DNA from: an uncultured Clostridia bacterium
GTDB lineage: Bacteria; Bacillota; Clostridia; TANB77; CAG-508
NCBI GenBank assembly: GCA_949045875.1
Contig: CARPYP010000002.1
Span: forward strand, 36,063-100,062
Direction of reading: 5' to 3'
Length of the DNA stretch: 64,000 bases
Shown here piece after piece: positions 9,979 through 20,411 of the stretch (positions within the stretch are counted from its first letter, which is position 1; each line of letters begins with the position of its first letter). The notes beneath the pieces are model-generated. The model was not told where the DNA came from and made no database searches. It was given only the letters and a program-made list of their open reading frames with translations. Both the position numbers and the translations under genes were made by a program.

Positions 9979-11581
9979 TGCAATTTAATTCATAAAAGTT
10001 AAAATGTATTAGAATATTTTTGTCTTTATCTATTTCTATTTTATTAACTATCTGTTGTAATGTTTCTTTAGAAAAATTTTTATTTTTAACTATTTGTTCT
10101 AATGTATTTTTCATTTTCTCTTCAATTTTCTTACTATCAGATTCGTTTTCAAAACATTGTAATTCTTCTTCAGTTTCAGATTTGATTTTTTCTAATCTAT
10201 GTCTTTCATTTAATAATCCTTCTGAAAATAGTGAGTAATCTTGTTCTTCTATAATCCCATTTAATTTATCCGAATATAATGTATTTAGCTTCTTATTTGT
10301 ACTTTCTAGCTCCTTTGTAACACTATCCAATTTTTCTGCAATTTTACCTTTATTACTTTTTGCCTGTATTAATTTTTTTACTGCTTTTTCATTATCAAAA
10401 ACTTCTGAATTTAAAAATTGCTCAAATATTTCAGCAATTTTTTCTAAAATTAATGGTTCAACTTTGTTATAATTTATATATTGTTTATAGCATTTCTTGT
10501 TACTTACTGCTCTAGCTGCTGTAGAACATATAATGTATTTTCTTATTGTTATTTTGTCTTTATATTTATCTTTTTTACTTATTATTCCTAATCTATTATG
10601 ACAATGAGCACAATATAATAATGATTTTAAAAGAGGATCTTCTTGTCTGATTTTTTCACCTTTATGATTTTCAAATATCATTTGAACTGCATCCCAAATT
10701 TCCTTTTCTATAATAGGTTCATGATGATTTTCTATATTTGTATGTTCATTTTCTGGAAGTGCAATTATTTTCTTACTCTTATAGCTTATCTTTTTAGTTT
10801 TGTTTTGTACTACTTTTCCTATATATATTGGATTTGTTAAAATTCTCTTTATTACGGTATGAGTCCATATATTAGTAGTTTCAGTAAGATTATTCATTAC
10901 TGTTTTCATTTTCATTTGTAACCCTGGTGTAACAATCTTTTCTTCGGTAAGTAATCTAGAAATTTGATATGTTCCCTTACCTTTTAGGAATTCGTCAAAT
11001 ATTCTTCTAACTATTTCTGCTTGCACTTCATCTATCTTTAATTTTCCAGATTTATCAATTTTTTTATAACCAAATGGTGCATATGATATATAATAAAATC
11101 CTTCTTTCTTTTTTCTATTTTTTGTTTTCTTTATGTTCTTAGATGTTTCTTTTGCATAGTAGTCATTCATTATATTCTTAAATGCTGCTGTATCACAATT
11201 TCTATCTAAAAATGTATCAACATCATCTAATACTGCTATATATCTAATTTGATGTTCTGGAAAGTATGTTTCTATATATCTTCCTGTTTCTATATAATCT
11301 CTTCCAAGTCTTGCTAAATTTTTTGTTATCACCATGTTTACTTTCTTCATCTCAATATCTTTCAATAATCTTTTAAATCCAGGTCTATTGAAATTAGTTC
11401 CACTATAACCATCATCAACATATTCGTCATACAATAAATATCCATTTTCTTTAACATAGGTTTTTAAAATTTTTCTTTGATTTGTTATACTTTCGCTTTC
11501 TTCTTTATCACCATCATCTTTACTTAATCTCATATAGATTGCTACATTATATGTTGTATTAATATTATTTTCTACATACAT
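9935..11581 (-). CDS. Large serine recombinase (intact, 548 aa)
   Basis: Resolvase N-terminal domain (YMRLSKDDGD, ESITNQR), recombinase domain, Cys-rich zinc ribbon, coiled-coil C-terminus. Confidence 0.9.
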   Translation of the reverse strand: MYVENNINTTYNVAIYMRLSKDDGDKEESESITNQRKILKTYVKENGYLLYDEYVDDGYSGTNFNRPGFKRLLKDIEMKKVNMVITKNLARLGRDYIETGRYIETYFPEHQIRYIAVLDDVDTFLDRNCDTAAFKNIMNDYYAKETSKNIKKTKNRKKKEGFYYISYAPFGYKKIDKSGKLKIDEVQAEIVRRIFDEFLKGKGTYQISRLLTEEKIVTPGLQMKMKTVMNNLTETTNIWTHTVIKRILTNPIYIGKVVQNKTKKISYKSKKIIALPENEHTNIENHHEPIIEKEIWDAVQMIFENHKGEKIRQEDPLLKSLLYCAHCHNRLGIISKKDKYKDKITIRKYIICSTAARAVSNKKCYKQYINYNKVEPLILEKIAEIFEQFLNSEVFDNEKAVKKLIQAKSNKGKIAEKLDSVTKELESTNKKLNTLYSDKLNGIIEEQDYSLFSEGLLNERHRLEKIKSETEEELQCFENESDSKKIEEKMKNTLEQIVKNKNFSKETLQQIVNKIEIDKDKNILIHFNFYELNCIGGYFNIHEQAANQ

Positions 11582-11856
11582 TTATCCTCCCTTCTGTAAT
11601 TACCTATAAGCAAAAATTATCAGAATAATTTTTGCTTATCAAGCTCAGAAAAATTTTTCTAAATTTCATTAAATTTTCTTATTAGAATATCTTCAACTAT
11701 ATCTTGAAATCTTTTTCCATTTTTGTCATAAGTAACATATATATTGAATTTTTGTTTATTGTTGTCTTCCTTTGGTCTTGATTCCAATTCATTCACCTCA
11801 ATTAAATGTATGATAAATTTGTAATATTTATTAACAAAAATTAATCTGAGAAAAAA

Positions 11857-12144
11857 TTAAATATTTTTTGACTTCTCTATTGCTAATCTTTTAGTATATA
11901 TTCTAGGAAGTATATCAATTTCTTCTAATAAATCTTTTAAAGTAATAATATCATTTGCACTATTTTGCATATTATTTATGGCTATTTTAGAATATGCAAT
12001 ATATTCTAAACCATGTTCTTTCAGAACATTTTTCATTTCATCTTCTATACTACTTGGTGTAATGTTTTTATTGTGAGCAATTGCTTGTTTGTATGCTTTT
12101 TTTAAAATTTTTTTGCATTCAGTTTTATTCACTTTTTCCTCCAT
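11857..12144 (-). CDS. Hypothetical small protein (95 aa)
   Basis: ORF only. Lies just interior to the recombinase genes. Confidence 0.4.
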   Translation of the reverse strand: MEEKVNKTECKKILKKAYKQAIAHNKNITPSSIEDEMKNVLKEHGLEYIAYSKIAINNMQNSANDIITLKDLLEEIDILPRIYTKRLAIEKSKNI

Positions 12145-12185
12145 TTTTCCAAAATAAAAAAGCCTTATGGCCTTTTTTATTTTCT

Positions 12186-12608
12186 CTATACTTTTATATA
12201 CTGTGGTAAATCTATTGATCTAACAGAAGTACCTGCATCAAACTCATATCTTTTTTTCTCAGGATTATACTTATATGCACCTAAGCACCATTGTCTTAAT
12301 GCTTCTGTGCCAAGAGTTCTGCTCTTTGATAATTCCTTTGATGCCTGTTCATGAGAACTCTTTAATGCTAGATATGATGAGTCAGATTTTTTCTTTTGTT
12401 TTCTTTTATTATAAATAATTTCTTTTTGTTTTAACCTTCTTTTAGCCAGATTTTCCTCTTTTCGCTTCTCTTTTTCAACATTATACATTTCATTTTTCTT
12501 TAGTACTTTTGTAATATAACTAACTGATACCTTTAATTCTTCAGCAATTTCTGTTAATGTCTTCTTTTCTGCAAAATATAGTTTCTCAATAACTTTGTTT
12601 TTTTCCAC
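12186..12608 (-). CDS. HTH-domain protein, putative transcriptional regulator (sigma region-4-like or ArpU-like)
   Basis: N-terminal KTLTEIAEELKVSVSYITKVL helix-turn-helix. Basic, Lys-rich middle region. Confidence 0.5.
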   Translation of the reverse strand: MEKNKVIEKLYFAEKKTLTEIAEELKVSVSYITKVLKKNEMYNVEKEKRKEENLAKRRLKQKEIIYNKRKQKKKSDSSYLALKSSHEQASKELSKSRTLGTEALRQWCLGAYKYNPEKKRYEFDAGTSVRSIDLPQYIKV

Positions 12609-12928
12609 ATTACTATATTTCCTCCTTTCTGGTTAAAAAAGTGTTTACACCCTTTTGGGCATAAGTTTTTCTATATAGAGCCTTAAAGTCCCTATATATT
12701 GCATTTTAAGGCGACATATAGTATAATTTAAAGGAGTTGTGAGGTAGAAAATATAAAATTATACTATATATCAGCTATGTTAAAAACATTTTTCATATTT
12801 CATTGTTTTTAACTTTAACTGCATTATATTTTCCCTTTTGTACAAAGTCAATAAGTTGGACAGTTATTTGAACATAACAGATTTGTTTATAAATCTTAAA
12901 ATCTGTTTTTAACAGAAAGGAGTACTTT

Positions 12929-13939
12929 ATGATAGATTATAACTATCTTTCAGAAGTTTTCAATCATATAGGTATATTAATTAATCAAGAATTAAAACAA
13001 GAAATAATCTATTATTTTCCCCTTGTTTTTTCCAAAAAAAGTTGTAAATATGAGTTCAAAAGCTCCTATTCAATTATAGCTCAGCCATTGGGTACTTTTT
13101 TTATAGATTTTATTAATACTGACTTTGATAAAATAGATGAGTTTAAAGATTTCTTTCTAAAATATTCTTTTTCAATATTAGATAATAGCTATAAAAAAAT
13201 ATTCAGAACTAAATCATTTGATGAAAATGACTTTAAAGTTTTTATAGATACTATATACTCTAAAAAGTGTTCTTCTTTAAAGAGAATTCAAGAACAATTA
13301 GATGAGATTATGGATTATTGCATTATTAACCCTAGAAGAAAAAATCAAGGTTTTACAAGTCTAGATAGATTTTTAGTATTACAAACAGTACATGAGAATT
13401 TACCTCTACTTAGAGAAAATAAAATGGAAAATGTTATTTTTTATAAAGTAAATGATTGCCCAATAGCAAATAAATCTGAAAATGAATTATATAAGATTTT
13501 AGCAAATAAAGAAAATAAAGTTAAGAAAATTACAGTTTCGCTTCCTCCTTCAATAGAATCTCTATTATATTTTATTCTTTGTAATATCGTAGAAAACAAG
13601 CTATTTTTTAAAGTTTGTAAAAATTGTAATAACTATTTTATTTCTTCTAACTCTAAAATAGAGTATTGTAATAATATAGCTCCCTGCTCTAATAAAACTT
13701 GTAGAGAGATTGGAAGGCAAAATGTATTTCAAAAGAATTTGAATAAAGATAAACTTTTAGAACAGTATTATAAAATATATTCTCAAAAAGCCATGCTTGC
13801 TAGAAGAAATCCAGATATAAACGAATATATAACAGATTTTGAAAAATATAAGAGACTAGGTAAAATTAAAGTTGCATCATATAGAGCCAAAAAATTATCT
13901 GAGGAAGACTTTAAAAAGTGGCTAGAAAAAAATAATTAG
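12929..13939 (+). CDS. Hypothetical protein with C-terminal Cys cluster (CKNCNN...CNN..CSNKTC)
   Basis: ORF with GGAG RBS. Putative zinc-binding motif. Confidence 0.5.
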   Translation: MIDYNYLSEVFNHIGILINQELKQEIIYYFPLVFSKKSCKYEFKSSYSIIAQPLGTFFIDFINTDFDKIDEFKDFFLKYSFSILDNSYKKIFRTKSFDENDFKVFIDTIYSKKCSSLKRIQEQLDEIMDYCIINPRRKNQGFTSLDRFLVLQTVHENLPLLRENKMENVIFYKVNDCPIANKSENELYKILANKENKVKKITVSLPPSIESLLYFILCNIVENKLFFKVCKNCNNYFISSNSKIEYCNNIAPCSNKTCREIGRQNVFQKNLNKDKLLEQYYKIYSQKAMLARRNPDINEYITDFEKYKRLGKIKVASYRAKKLSEEDFKKWLEKNN

Positions 13940-14262
13940 ATTAAAATTGTCTTTTCTAATCTTTTTTGGTTTTTTGTTCCTTAAATTTGTTCTTATTAGT
14001 CTTTTTCGGACTTTTAACATAAATCTATTTATAATCATCTTAGGTGATGAAAATGAGTAGAACCATTAAGCCCTACAAAAGAAAAAAGGGTTCACCAAAA
14101 CAAAAAAGAAACCTAGAAGCATTTAATATATTTACTGATGAATTAGTGCATAATTACTTTAAGCCTATTGAACGAAAAGTATTAATGAAAATTTAATATT
14201 TTATTTTAAATTTTGAAACTTTTTTTATAAAATTTATATCTAATTAATGTAAGGAGGTTTAT

Positions 14263-15270
14263 ATGTCAAAGAAATTATTTATTATATTATTTTTATTATT
14301 TATTATATTTGTTATTATTTCATATTTTATATATGAAAATTCAAAAATTAACATTCCAGTAGATGGTACTTCTCAATCTAATATACCTTATTTATTTAAT
14401 AATATTGTTCCTAATGGATTTTCTAAAGTTGAATTACCTGATGCTAGTTGGGAACTAGATGAGTATGGTAGACCTAAAGGCTGGAATAATGGGTTGGTTG
14501 TTGAAGATAGTAATGGAAATCAATTTGTTTGGGTCCCTTGTTCTATTAATTCTTCTGACTTAACTACATATGGAAGATATACATATTCAACAGACGATTT
14601 CTATTTATCAAATGATGAACTATTAGTTTCAGATATTGGTGATTTATTTGTTGATAATGATACAGTAAATTTGGTTATTAAACAAAGTGTTGAAAAATAT
14701 GGTGGTTTTTATATTGGAAGATATGAAACTGGAATAGAAAATGGAAATTTACTAAACAAAAAAACTAGGGATAATACTGAATTGAATTGGACAGGTTGGA
14801 GTAATGGAAATTTAGCTATAAAACAAAATTTGCAGGTTTGGAACTATATCACATTAGACAAAGCTATTGAACTAAGTAATTCTTTCATAGATAATGAAAC
14901 TGTTGCAAGTTCGATATTGACCTCATATTGTTACGATACCACTTTAAAATGGATAAGTTCTACAAATAATTCCTTTTGGACTAACATGTATGAGTATGGA
15001 AATTTTAATAATAGAGACAAAGATGGACTTGCAAATACTGGAACTTCTTCTAATACTAAGTTAAATAATATATATGATTTAGTTGGAAATGTATGTGAAT
15101 GGTCTACAGAAAAGTGTATTGACGATGTCGCTATCCAAACCAATCTTACTGCTGTGATTAAGGGTGGACATTGGCATACTCATTCTTCTGCAATCTATAG
15201 TAGAGTTCCTACATTTCCTTATTATGCTAAAGATACTATTGGATTTAGAATTATTTTATATTTAAAATAA
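14263..15270 (+). CDS. Membrane-anchored formylglycine-generating-enzyme (SUMF1/FGE-sulfatase) domain protein
   Basis: N-terminal TM helix. GFYIGRYE, NVCEWS, IKGGHW...IGFRI motifs of the FGE-sulfatase fold. Confidence 0.65.
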   Translation: MSKKLFIILFLLFIIFVIISYFIYENSKINIPVDGTSQSNIPYLFNNIVPNGFSKVELPDASWELDEYGRPKGWNNGLVVEDSNGNQFVWVPCSINSSDLTTYGRYTYSTDDFYLSNDELLVSDIGDLFVDNDTVNLVIKQSVEKYGGFYIGRYETGIENGNLLNKKTRDNTELNWTGWSNGNLAIKQNLQVWNYITLDKAIELSNSFIDNETVASSILTSYCYDTTLKWISSTNNSFWTNMYEYGNFNNRDKDGLANTGTSSNTKLNNIYDLVGNVCEWSTEKCIDDVAIQTNLTAVIKGGHWHTHSSAIYSRVPTFPYYAKDTIGFRIILYLK

Positions 15271-15273
15271 AAG

Positions 15274-15308
15274 AGATTCAATGAATCTCTTTTATTTTTT
15301 AACTTTAG
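15274..15308. terminator. Bidirectional rho-independent terminator between convergent genes
   Basis: AGAGATTCA-ATG-AATCTCT hairpin flanked by A-run and T-run. Confidence 0.7.
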
Positions 15309-15316
15309 AACATCCT

Positions 15317-17221
15317 CTATTTAGTTGTTATATATATATCTATATCTCCTATTGCCTCTTTGTTATCTTGATTCTCACTATAGAAACTACAATAATATTC
15401 AAAATATTTATCTACTCCGTTAGTTATTTTAATTTCATTTGACTCATATTCTTTCCCAGGTATATTATAATTACCATTTGCTATTGGTTCTTTTCTTCCA
15501 TATTCATATAATTGTAATCGTAATGATAAATCCGATGGCTCTCCTGAACTTAATATATAATTAAGAGAATATTTCATTTTATCTGCTAACACATTAAATA
15601 ATTGTCCTCTACTTGAGTGTACTTGTTTAGCTGTTCCTAAATAATATTTATCTGCTCCTTCTCTTATTGTACAATGTCCTGCAAGTCCTGGTGTTCCAAG
15701 TTTTGATATTGGTTTAAAGTTTGAATTACTGTTATATGAAACTATATCTAAATCCCATGTTCCACTTGCTGTTTCAATTTTTTTAATTGTTTTAAATTGA
15801 TCAAATGTCCAACTTTTTGGAATTGTTTCTCCTAAATTTCCTTCCCAGCCTGTTGACATATCACTTACGAAAGCTGTAACAGCATATCCTTTATCTAATA
15901 CTCTTTTACATACCTTTCTTGTTCCATAAATACCTACTTTATATGTAGCACCAGAATCTGCTGTAGAACTTATTGTGCTATTCAATTCTTTAAAGTATGG
16001 AATTATATTATTATCAATTTGGCTATCTGTTGCATCTAAATCCACTGCAAAATATATAACATTTCCTGAATCTATACCATGCTTCTTCGCTGCATGTTTC
16101 GCACTTAGTGCATCTATTCTACCATTTTCTTTCGTAAAATAGTCTATATCTGATCCTGACTCTTGAAAAATCGGGAAAAATGATAAACCTGCATCCAATA
16201 TTCTTTGGGGTTCACCTGGTCTTAATTGTTTAAAAATTCCTCCAGTTAAATATCTACCTACTATTCTATATCCATTATTATATAAATATTCTAATCTGTC
16301 ACTTGTCATTTCATGTCTTGTATCACATGCTAATGCTGTTCTAGAGGTATCTCCACAACTTACAGCTAATGCTGCCCATGTTTGTCTTCCACAAACTCCA
16401 TCTGGTGTTAGATTATAATCTTGTTGACATAGCTTTACAGCTGATTCTACACCTGCACCAAAACCTCCATCAAATCCATTTGGATTATATCCATTTACAT
16501 ATAATAAATATTGTAATATATATACCATTTGTTTATTAGTTACAGTTCCATATCTTCTTAGAGTAGGTAACTTTGACATTGTACCTTCTCCCCAAAGTCC
16601 GTCTACTGCTGAATTTACCTCGATTTGTATTGCACTAATTAATGCTTTATTCGTCTTTTTTTCATACAATCCATTTGTTGCAATTAATCCTATTTTATTA
16701 CCATATTTATTGTTTAAATTTCTTTGTATAGTTCTTACATTTTCATCTCCTCCTGATACAAGTATATATGAATCTGTTGTTAAAATTGCTTTCATTAGAT
16801 AACCTCTAACAACTCCATCTTGTGTAACTCCAACTTGCTCTTGAAATTTTTTTACTGCTGATGTTAAGTTATTACCAAAAGCACCATCTAATCCTCCTGG
16901 TATAATTCCTCTAGCTGTATAAAAAGCACCTTGTAAAATACATACTATTCTTTTTAACTTATCTCCATCTTCCAATACTGTTGATGAACTTAATCCTGAA
17001 GGAAACAAAGAATTAAATTGAGTGCTTGTTCCTCCACCCCAAATTCCATCAGCTACTGTTTCAACTTCTATCTGTAAGGCTTGTATTAAACCTTTAATTG
17101 TCGTTCCTCTTCCTGTTCCGTCTGTTGGAACTCCAATTGTAAACAATGGATTTTCTCCATATATTCTATGTAGCCATCTTTGAGTTTCTACTAACATTTC
17201 ATCTACTGCCATAATAATCAC
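15317..17221 (-). CDS. Cell-wall hydrolase-like protein with peptidoglycan-binding repeats and a DUF1906 (Rv2525c-like glycoside-hydrolase) domain
   Basis: Repeated DG.WG..T and DGGFG...TW PG-binding-like segments. DUF1906-like GRYLTGG...IYFAVDLD...YKVGIYGTRKVC block. Confidence 0.6.
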   Translation of the reverse strand: MIIMAVDEMLVETQRWLHRIYGENPLFTIGVPTDGTGRGTTIKGLIQALQIEVETVADGIWGGGTSTQFNSLFPSGLSSSTVLEDGDKLKRIVCILQGAFYTARGIIPGGLDGAFGNNLTSAVKKFQEQVGVTQDGVVRGYLMKAILTTDSYILVSGGDENVRTIQRNLNNKYGNKIGLIATNGLYEKKTNKALISAIQIEVNSAVDGLWGEGTMSKLPTLRRYGTVTNKQMVYILQYLLYVNGYNPNGFDGGFGAGVESAVKLCQQDYNLTPDGVCGRQTWAALAVSCGDTSRTALACDTRHEMTSDRLEYLYNNGYRIVGRYLTGGIFKQLRPGEPQRILDAGLSFFPIFQESGSDIDYFTKENGRIDALSAKHAAKKHGIDSGNVIYFAVDLDATDSQIDNNIIPYFKELNSTISSTADSGATYKVGIYGTRKVCKRVLDKGYAVTAFVSDMSTGWEGNLGETIPKSWTFDQFKTIKKIETASGTWDLDIVSYNSNSNFKPISKLGTPGLAGHCTIREGADKYYLGTAKQVHSSRGQLFNVLADKMKYSLNYILSSGEPSDLSLRLQLYEYGRKEPIANGNYNIPGKEYESNEIKITNGVDKYFEYYCSFYSENQDNKEAIGDIDIYITTK

Positions 17222-17480
17222 TTCTCTTTCTTAATTTTTATTAATTCATTATATTGCTGATCAGTCTTTATAATAAATTGTATATACTAATTATATTTAA
17301 ACTTTTTTATTAAATAAGAAAAAAAGATTAATGTAGTTAATTGTGGTTGTTTATATATTAATGTGGTCTTTAATAATTATCTTTCTTCAACCATATAAAA
17401 CCTTTTTTATCCATTTTTTAATTTTTTACTTAATAGATGCATTATTATTTTATTATATCCTAAAGAAAGGAGGGTTTCAT

Positions 17481-18062
17481 ATGGCATTATTCACAAAATT
17501 ACTTATTAATAAAACCAACAATGTATATAACATTTATGATGAAGACAAAAATAACCAATTAGTAGGTAAACTAAATCCAAGAGAAGCATATGTCGTCTAT
17601 GGTGGAGAAGGAGATTTTGTAGGGATTAACTTTTTAAATTCTTCAGGTGTATTTACAAGTGCTACTGTTAATATTTACAAGCATCCTCTTCCTGGCGATG
17701 TCAGTGGTTCATATTATCCAGAAGCAGGACTATGCAGTAATTATCCTTATGGTACTGCAAGTATTAAAGATCCTAAAGATGGAAAAGTTGAGACATATAA
17801 AGTATATAAAATGCGTTCTAAGAAAGAAATAATAAAACCAAAAGGTGGCCATTGGGGATATGTCGCAGCTGGTTGTCTCGTTGCTACTAATACTGCTACT
17901 GTTGGAGCAGATAAACCATATTTTAAAGCTATCGATTATGTCCAAAGTTCTGCTGGTGAATGGGTTAGAGTTACTGGTGATGGATTGAGACATGGTTTTG
18001 TTGATACTGGAATAAGAAGTTCATCTGGCTATTCTAAAATAGCTTTTTATGGTTCTTGGTAA
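17481..18062 (+). CDS. Hypothetical small protein, paralog of 29022-29549 (shared WVRV.GDG...GFVDTG...SKIA C-terminus)
   Basis: AAGGAGG RBS before ATG at 17481. Internal paralogy. Confidence 0.55.
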   Translation: MALFTKLLINKTNNVYNIYDEDKNNQLVGKLNPREAYVVYGGEGDFVGINFLNSSGVFTSATVNIYKHPLPGDVSGSYYPEAGLCSNYPYGTASIKDPKDGKVETYKVYKMRSKKEIIKPKGGHWGYVAAGCLVATNTATVGADKPYFKAIDYVQSSAGEWVRVTGDGLRHGFVDTGIRSSSGYSKIAFYGSW

Positions 18063-18300
18063 ACTTTAATTAACAAATATAAAGAGGTTTTTCTGTAATA
18101 AATAGGAAAACCTCTTTTTAATTTGGATATTTAATAATTAGATTTTATTAATGAATCGACTATCAACAATAAAACACCACATTTATCTTTCTTCTAAATT
18201 TTGTTATCAAACATTCTTTATAATATTATTAATATTTATTAAAATTCTGATCAGAAACATAATGAATATAAAAATTTTATAATTGAAAGAAGGTTTTTTT

Positions 18301-20211
18301 ATGGCAGATATATTAGTTGAAAAAACTCAACAATGGCTTAACGAAACTTATCATGGTAAACAAGGATATGGTGAAGATATTGTTGTTGATGGAATTACTG
18401 GCTGGGGCACAGTTCATGCACTTCTTAGAGCTTTCCAAATAGAATTAGGTATTACAGCTACATCAACTTCTTTTGGTCCTTCCACTACATCAAAATTTAA
18501 AGCAAGATTTCCTAATGGTGTACAACAACAATCCTCAGACGATACAACAGAAGATAATATATATGGAATTATTCAAGGTGCTTGTTTCTGTAAAGGTTAT
18601 TCAATAGGCTCAAATGATATAACTAATCATTTTTACTCTGGAACAGGTTCTGCAATTACTTCCATAAAAAAAGATGCTGGGTGCTCAGATACGAGTTCTA
18701 CGGTTACCCTTAATATGATGAAAGCATTACTTTCTATGGATCAATTTAAACTTGTACGTGGTGGAAATAGTAATATTAGAGAGATTCAACAAAAACTTAA
18801 TAACAAATACGAAAATTACATTGGATTAACACCTTGCGATGGAGTTTATAGTAGAGAAATGAATAAATCTCTTATAGCTGTACTCCAAAAAATAGAGGGA
18901 TTTACTGGCTCAAATATAGATGGCAAATTTGGCAATGGTACTAAATCACGTTTACCTATTGTCCCTAGTAATGGTAATCTTAATAATGAGACTGAGCAAG
19001 ATGCAATAGAACTTGTTAGATATGCATTAGTATGTAATGGTTATCCAATAGATGTTGGTATAAATTCTAATAAATGGGATTCATTCTTGGGCAATACTAT
19101 TGGAAGGTTTCAAAAAGATATGATTTTAGAGGAAACAAATATATGCGATACTAACACTTGGATGGCTTTATTAGTAAGTACAGGTAATCAAGATAGACCT
19201 TACAATGCCATCGATACAGCATATACTATCCATAGTGAAATTCGTGATATTAATAGAGTAGATATTGTGAAAAATTTAGGAGTGTCTATTGTTGGAAGAT
19301 ATATTAGTGGTAATAAAGGAAAAGAGTTGGCATTTGATGAAGCTAAAGGTATGTTAGATAATGGTATAAACTTTTATCCTATATATCAAAGAGATGGTGA
19401 ACCAAGCATAAGCTACTTTACAGAGTCTCAAGGATGGAAAGACGTTCAAGAAGCATACTCAAGAGCAAGAAGTTATTGTATTCCTAAGGGAACTATAATT
19501 TATTTTGCAGTTGATATTGATATGCTTGATAATCAAATAGAAAAATACGCCCTTCCCTATTTTAAAGCAATTGATGGAGGTTCTACATATTATAAAGTTG
19601 GTGTGTATGGAACTAGAAATGTTTGTTCACGTGTAATGGATAAAGGATACGCAACAACTTGCTTTGTTAGTAATTCTTCTTCTGGATATTCTGGTAATAT
19701 GGGATTTAAAATGCCTACTAATTGGAATCTTGACCAATTTCAGACAAATGTTAAAATAAGTGATAACTTTGCAATAGATAAAAATATTTTCTCTAATAAA
19801 TTTCCTGTTGTTACTGAGTTATCTCCAAGAGATTATTACTACGGAACTGTTTTATTAGAATCTGGACATCTTGTTGGTAGACAGCTTAAATATGCAGGTA
19901 GAAAATTAAACTTATCTATTCAAGCAAGTGGTGAGAATGGTGAAAAATATGATAATATGATTGTTGATGTATGGTTTAAGAATGTTGAACCATTTGAAGA
20001 TTGGGCTTGCACAAAAGGACATGTTGTTGCTAATGTAGATAATAAAATATATAATTTATCATCTACTCAAGATAACGACTCCATATTTATTAATGATACA
20101 ATACCTTATTATATTGAATATGATGTTTTTAGAATAACTGATACTGGTTATGTTAGAGTTACAGATAAAAAAATTAAAATTACTACTACTGTTAATGCTT
20201 ATTATTTATAA
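18301..20211 (+). CDS. Paralogous PG-binding plus DUF1906 hydrolase-like protein (divergent copy of 15317-17221)
   Basis: Same domain order. VGRYISGNKG...IIYFAVDIDM...YKVGVYGTRNVC. Confidence 0.6.
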   Translation: MADILVEKTQQWLNETYHGKQGYGEDIVVDGITGWGTVHALLRAFQIELGITATSTSFGPSTTSKFKARFPNGVQQQSSDDTTEDNIYGIIQGACFCKGYSIGSNDITNHFYSGTGSAITSIKKDAGCSDTSSTVTLNMMKALLSMDQFKLVRGGNSNIREIQQKLNNKYENYIGLTPCDGVYSREMNKSLIAVLQKIEGFTGSNIDGKFGNGTKSRLPIVPSNGNLNNETEQDAIELVRYALVCNGYPIDVGINSNKWDSFLGNTIGRFQKDMILEETNICDTNTWMALLVSTGNQDRPYNAIDTAYTIHSEIRDINRVDIVKNLGVSIVGRYISGNKGKELAFDEAKGMLDNGINFYPIYQRDGEPSISYFTESQGWKDVQEAYSRARSYCIPKGTIIYFAVDIDMLDNQIEKYALPYFKAIDGGSTYYKVGVYGTRNVCSRVMDKGYATTCFVSNSSSGYSGNMGFKMPTNWNLDQFQTNVKISDNFAIDKNIFSNKFPVVTELSPRDYYYGTVLLESGHLVGRQLKYAGRKLNLSIQASGENGEKYDNMIVDVWFKNVEPFEDWACTKGHVVANVDNKIYNLSSTQDNDSIFINDTIPYYIEYDVFRITDTGYVRVTDKKIKITTTVNAYYL

Positions 20212-20411
20212 TAAAGTTTTAGCATATATTTAATTTTATAATCTACCCAATAGAATTGATACTAAAATTACTTCCTATTGGGTAGATTTTGATGTATAAT
20301 ATAGATAAATTAGTATGGATATATATTTTATTTTAGAATATACACTTATTTTTTTATATTTATGAAACTATTATAGAAAATTTTGTATCTAATATATGAT
20401 AGGAGGAAAAA

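Noticed and set aside
14053-14199. 48 aa basic ORF MSRTIKPYKRKKGSPKQKRN... between 12929-13939 and the FGE gene
   Set aside because: Short with no homology. It could be real (weak GGTGA RBS) but evidence is insufficient to call.
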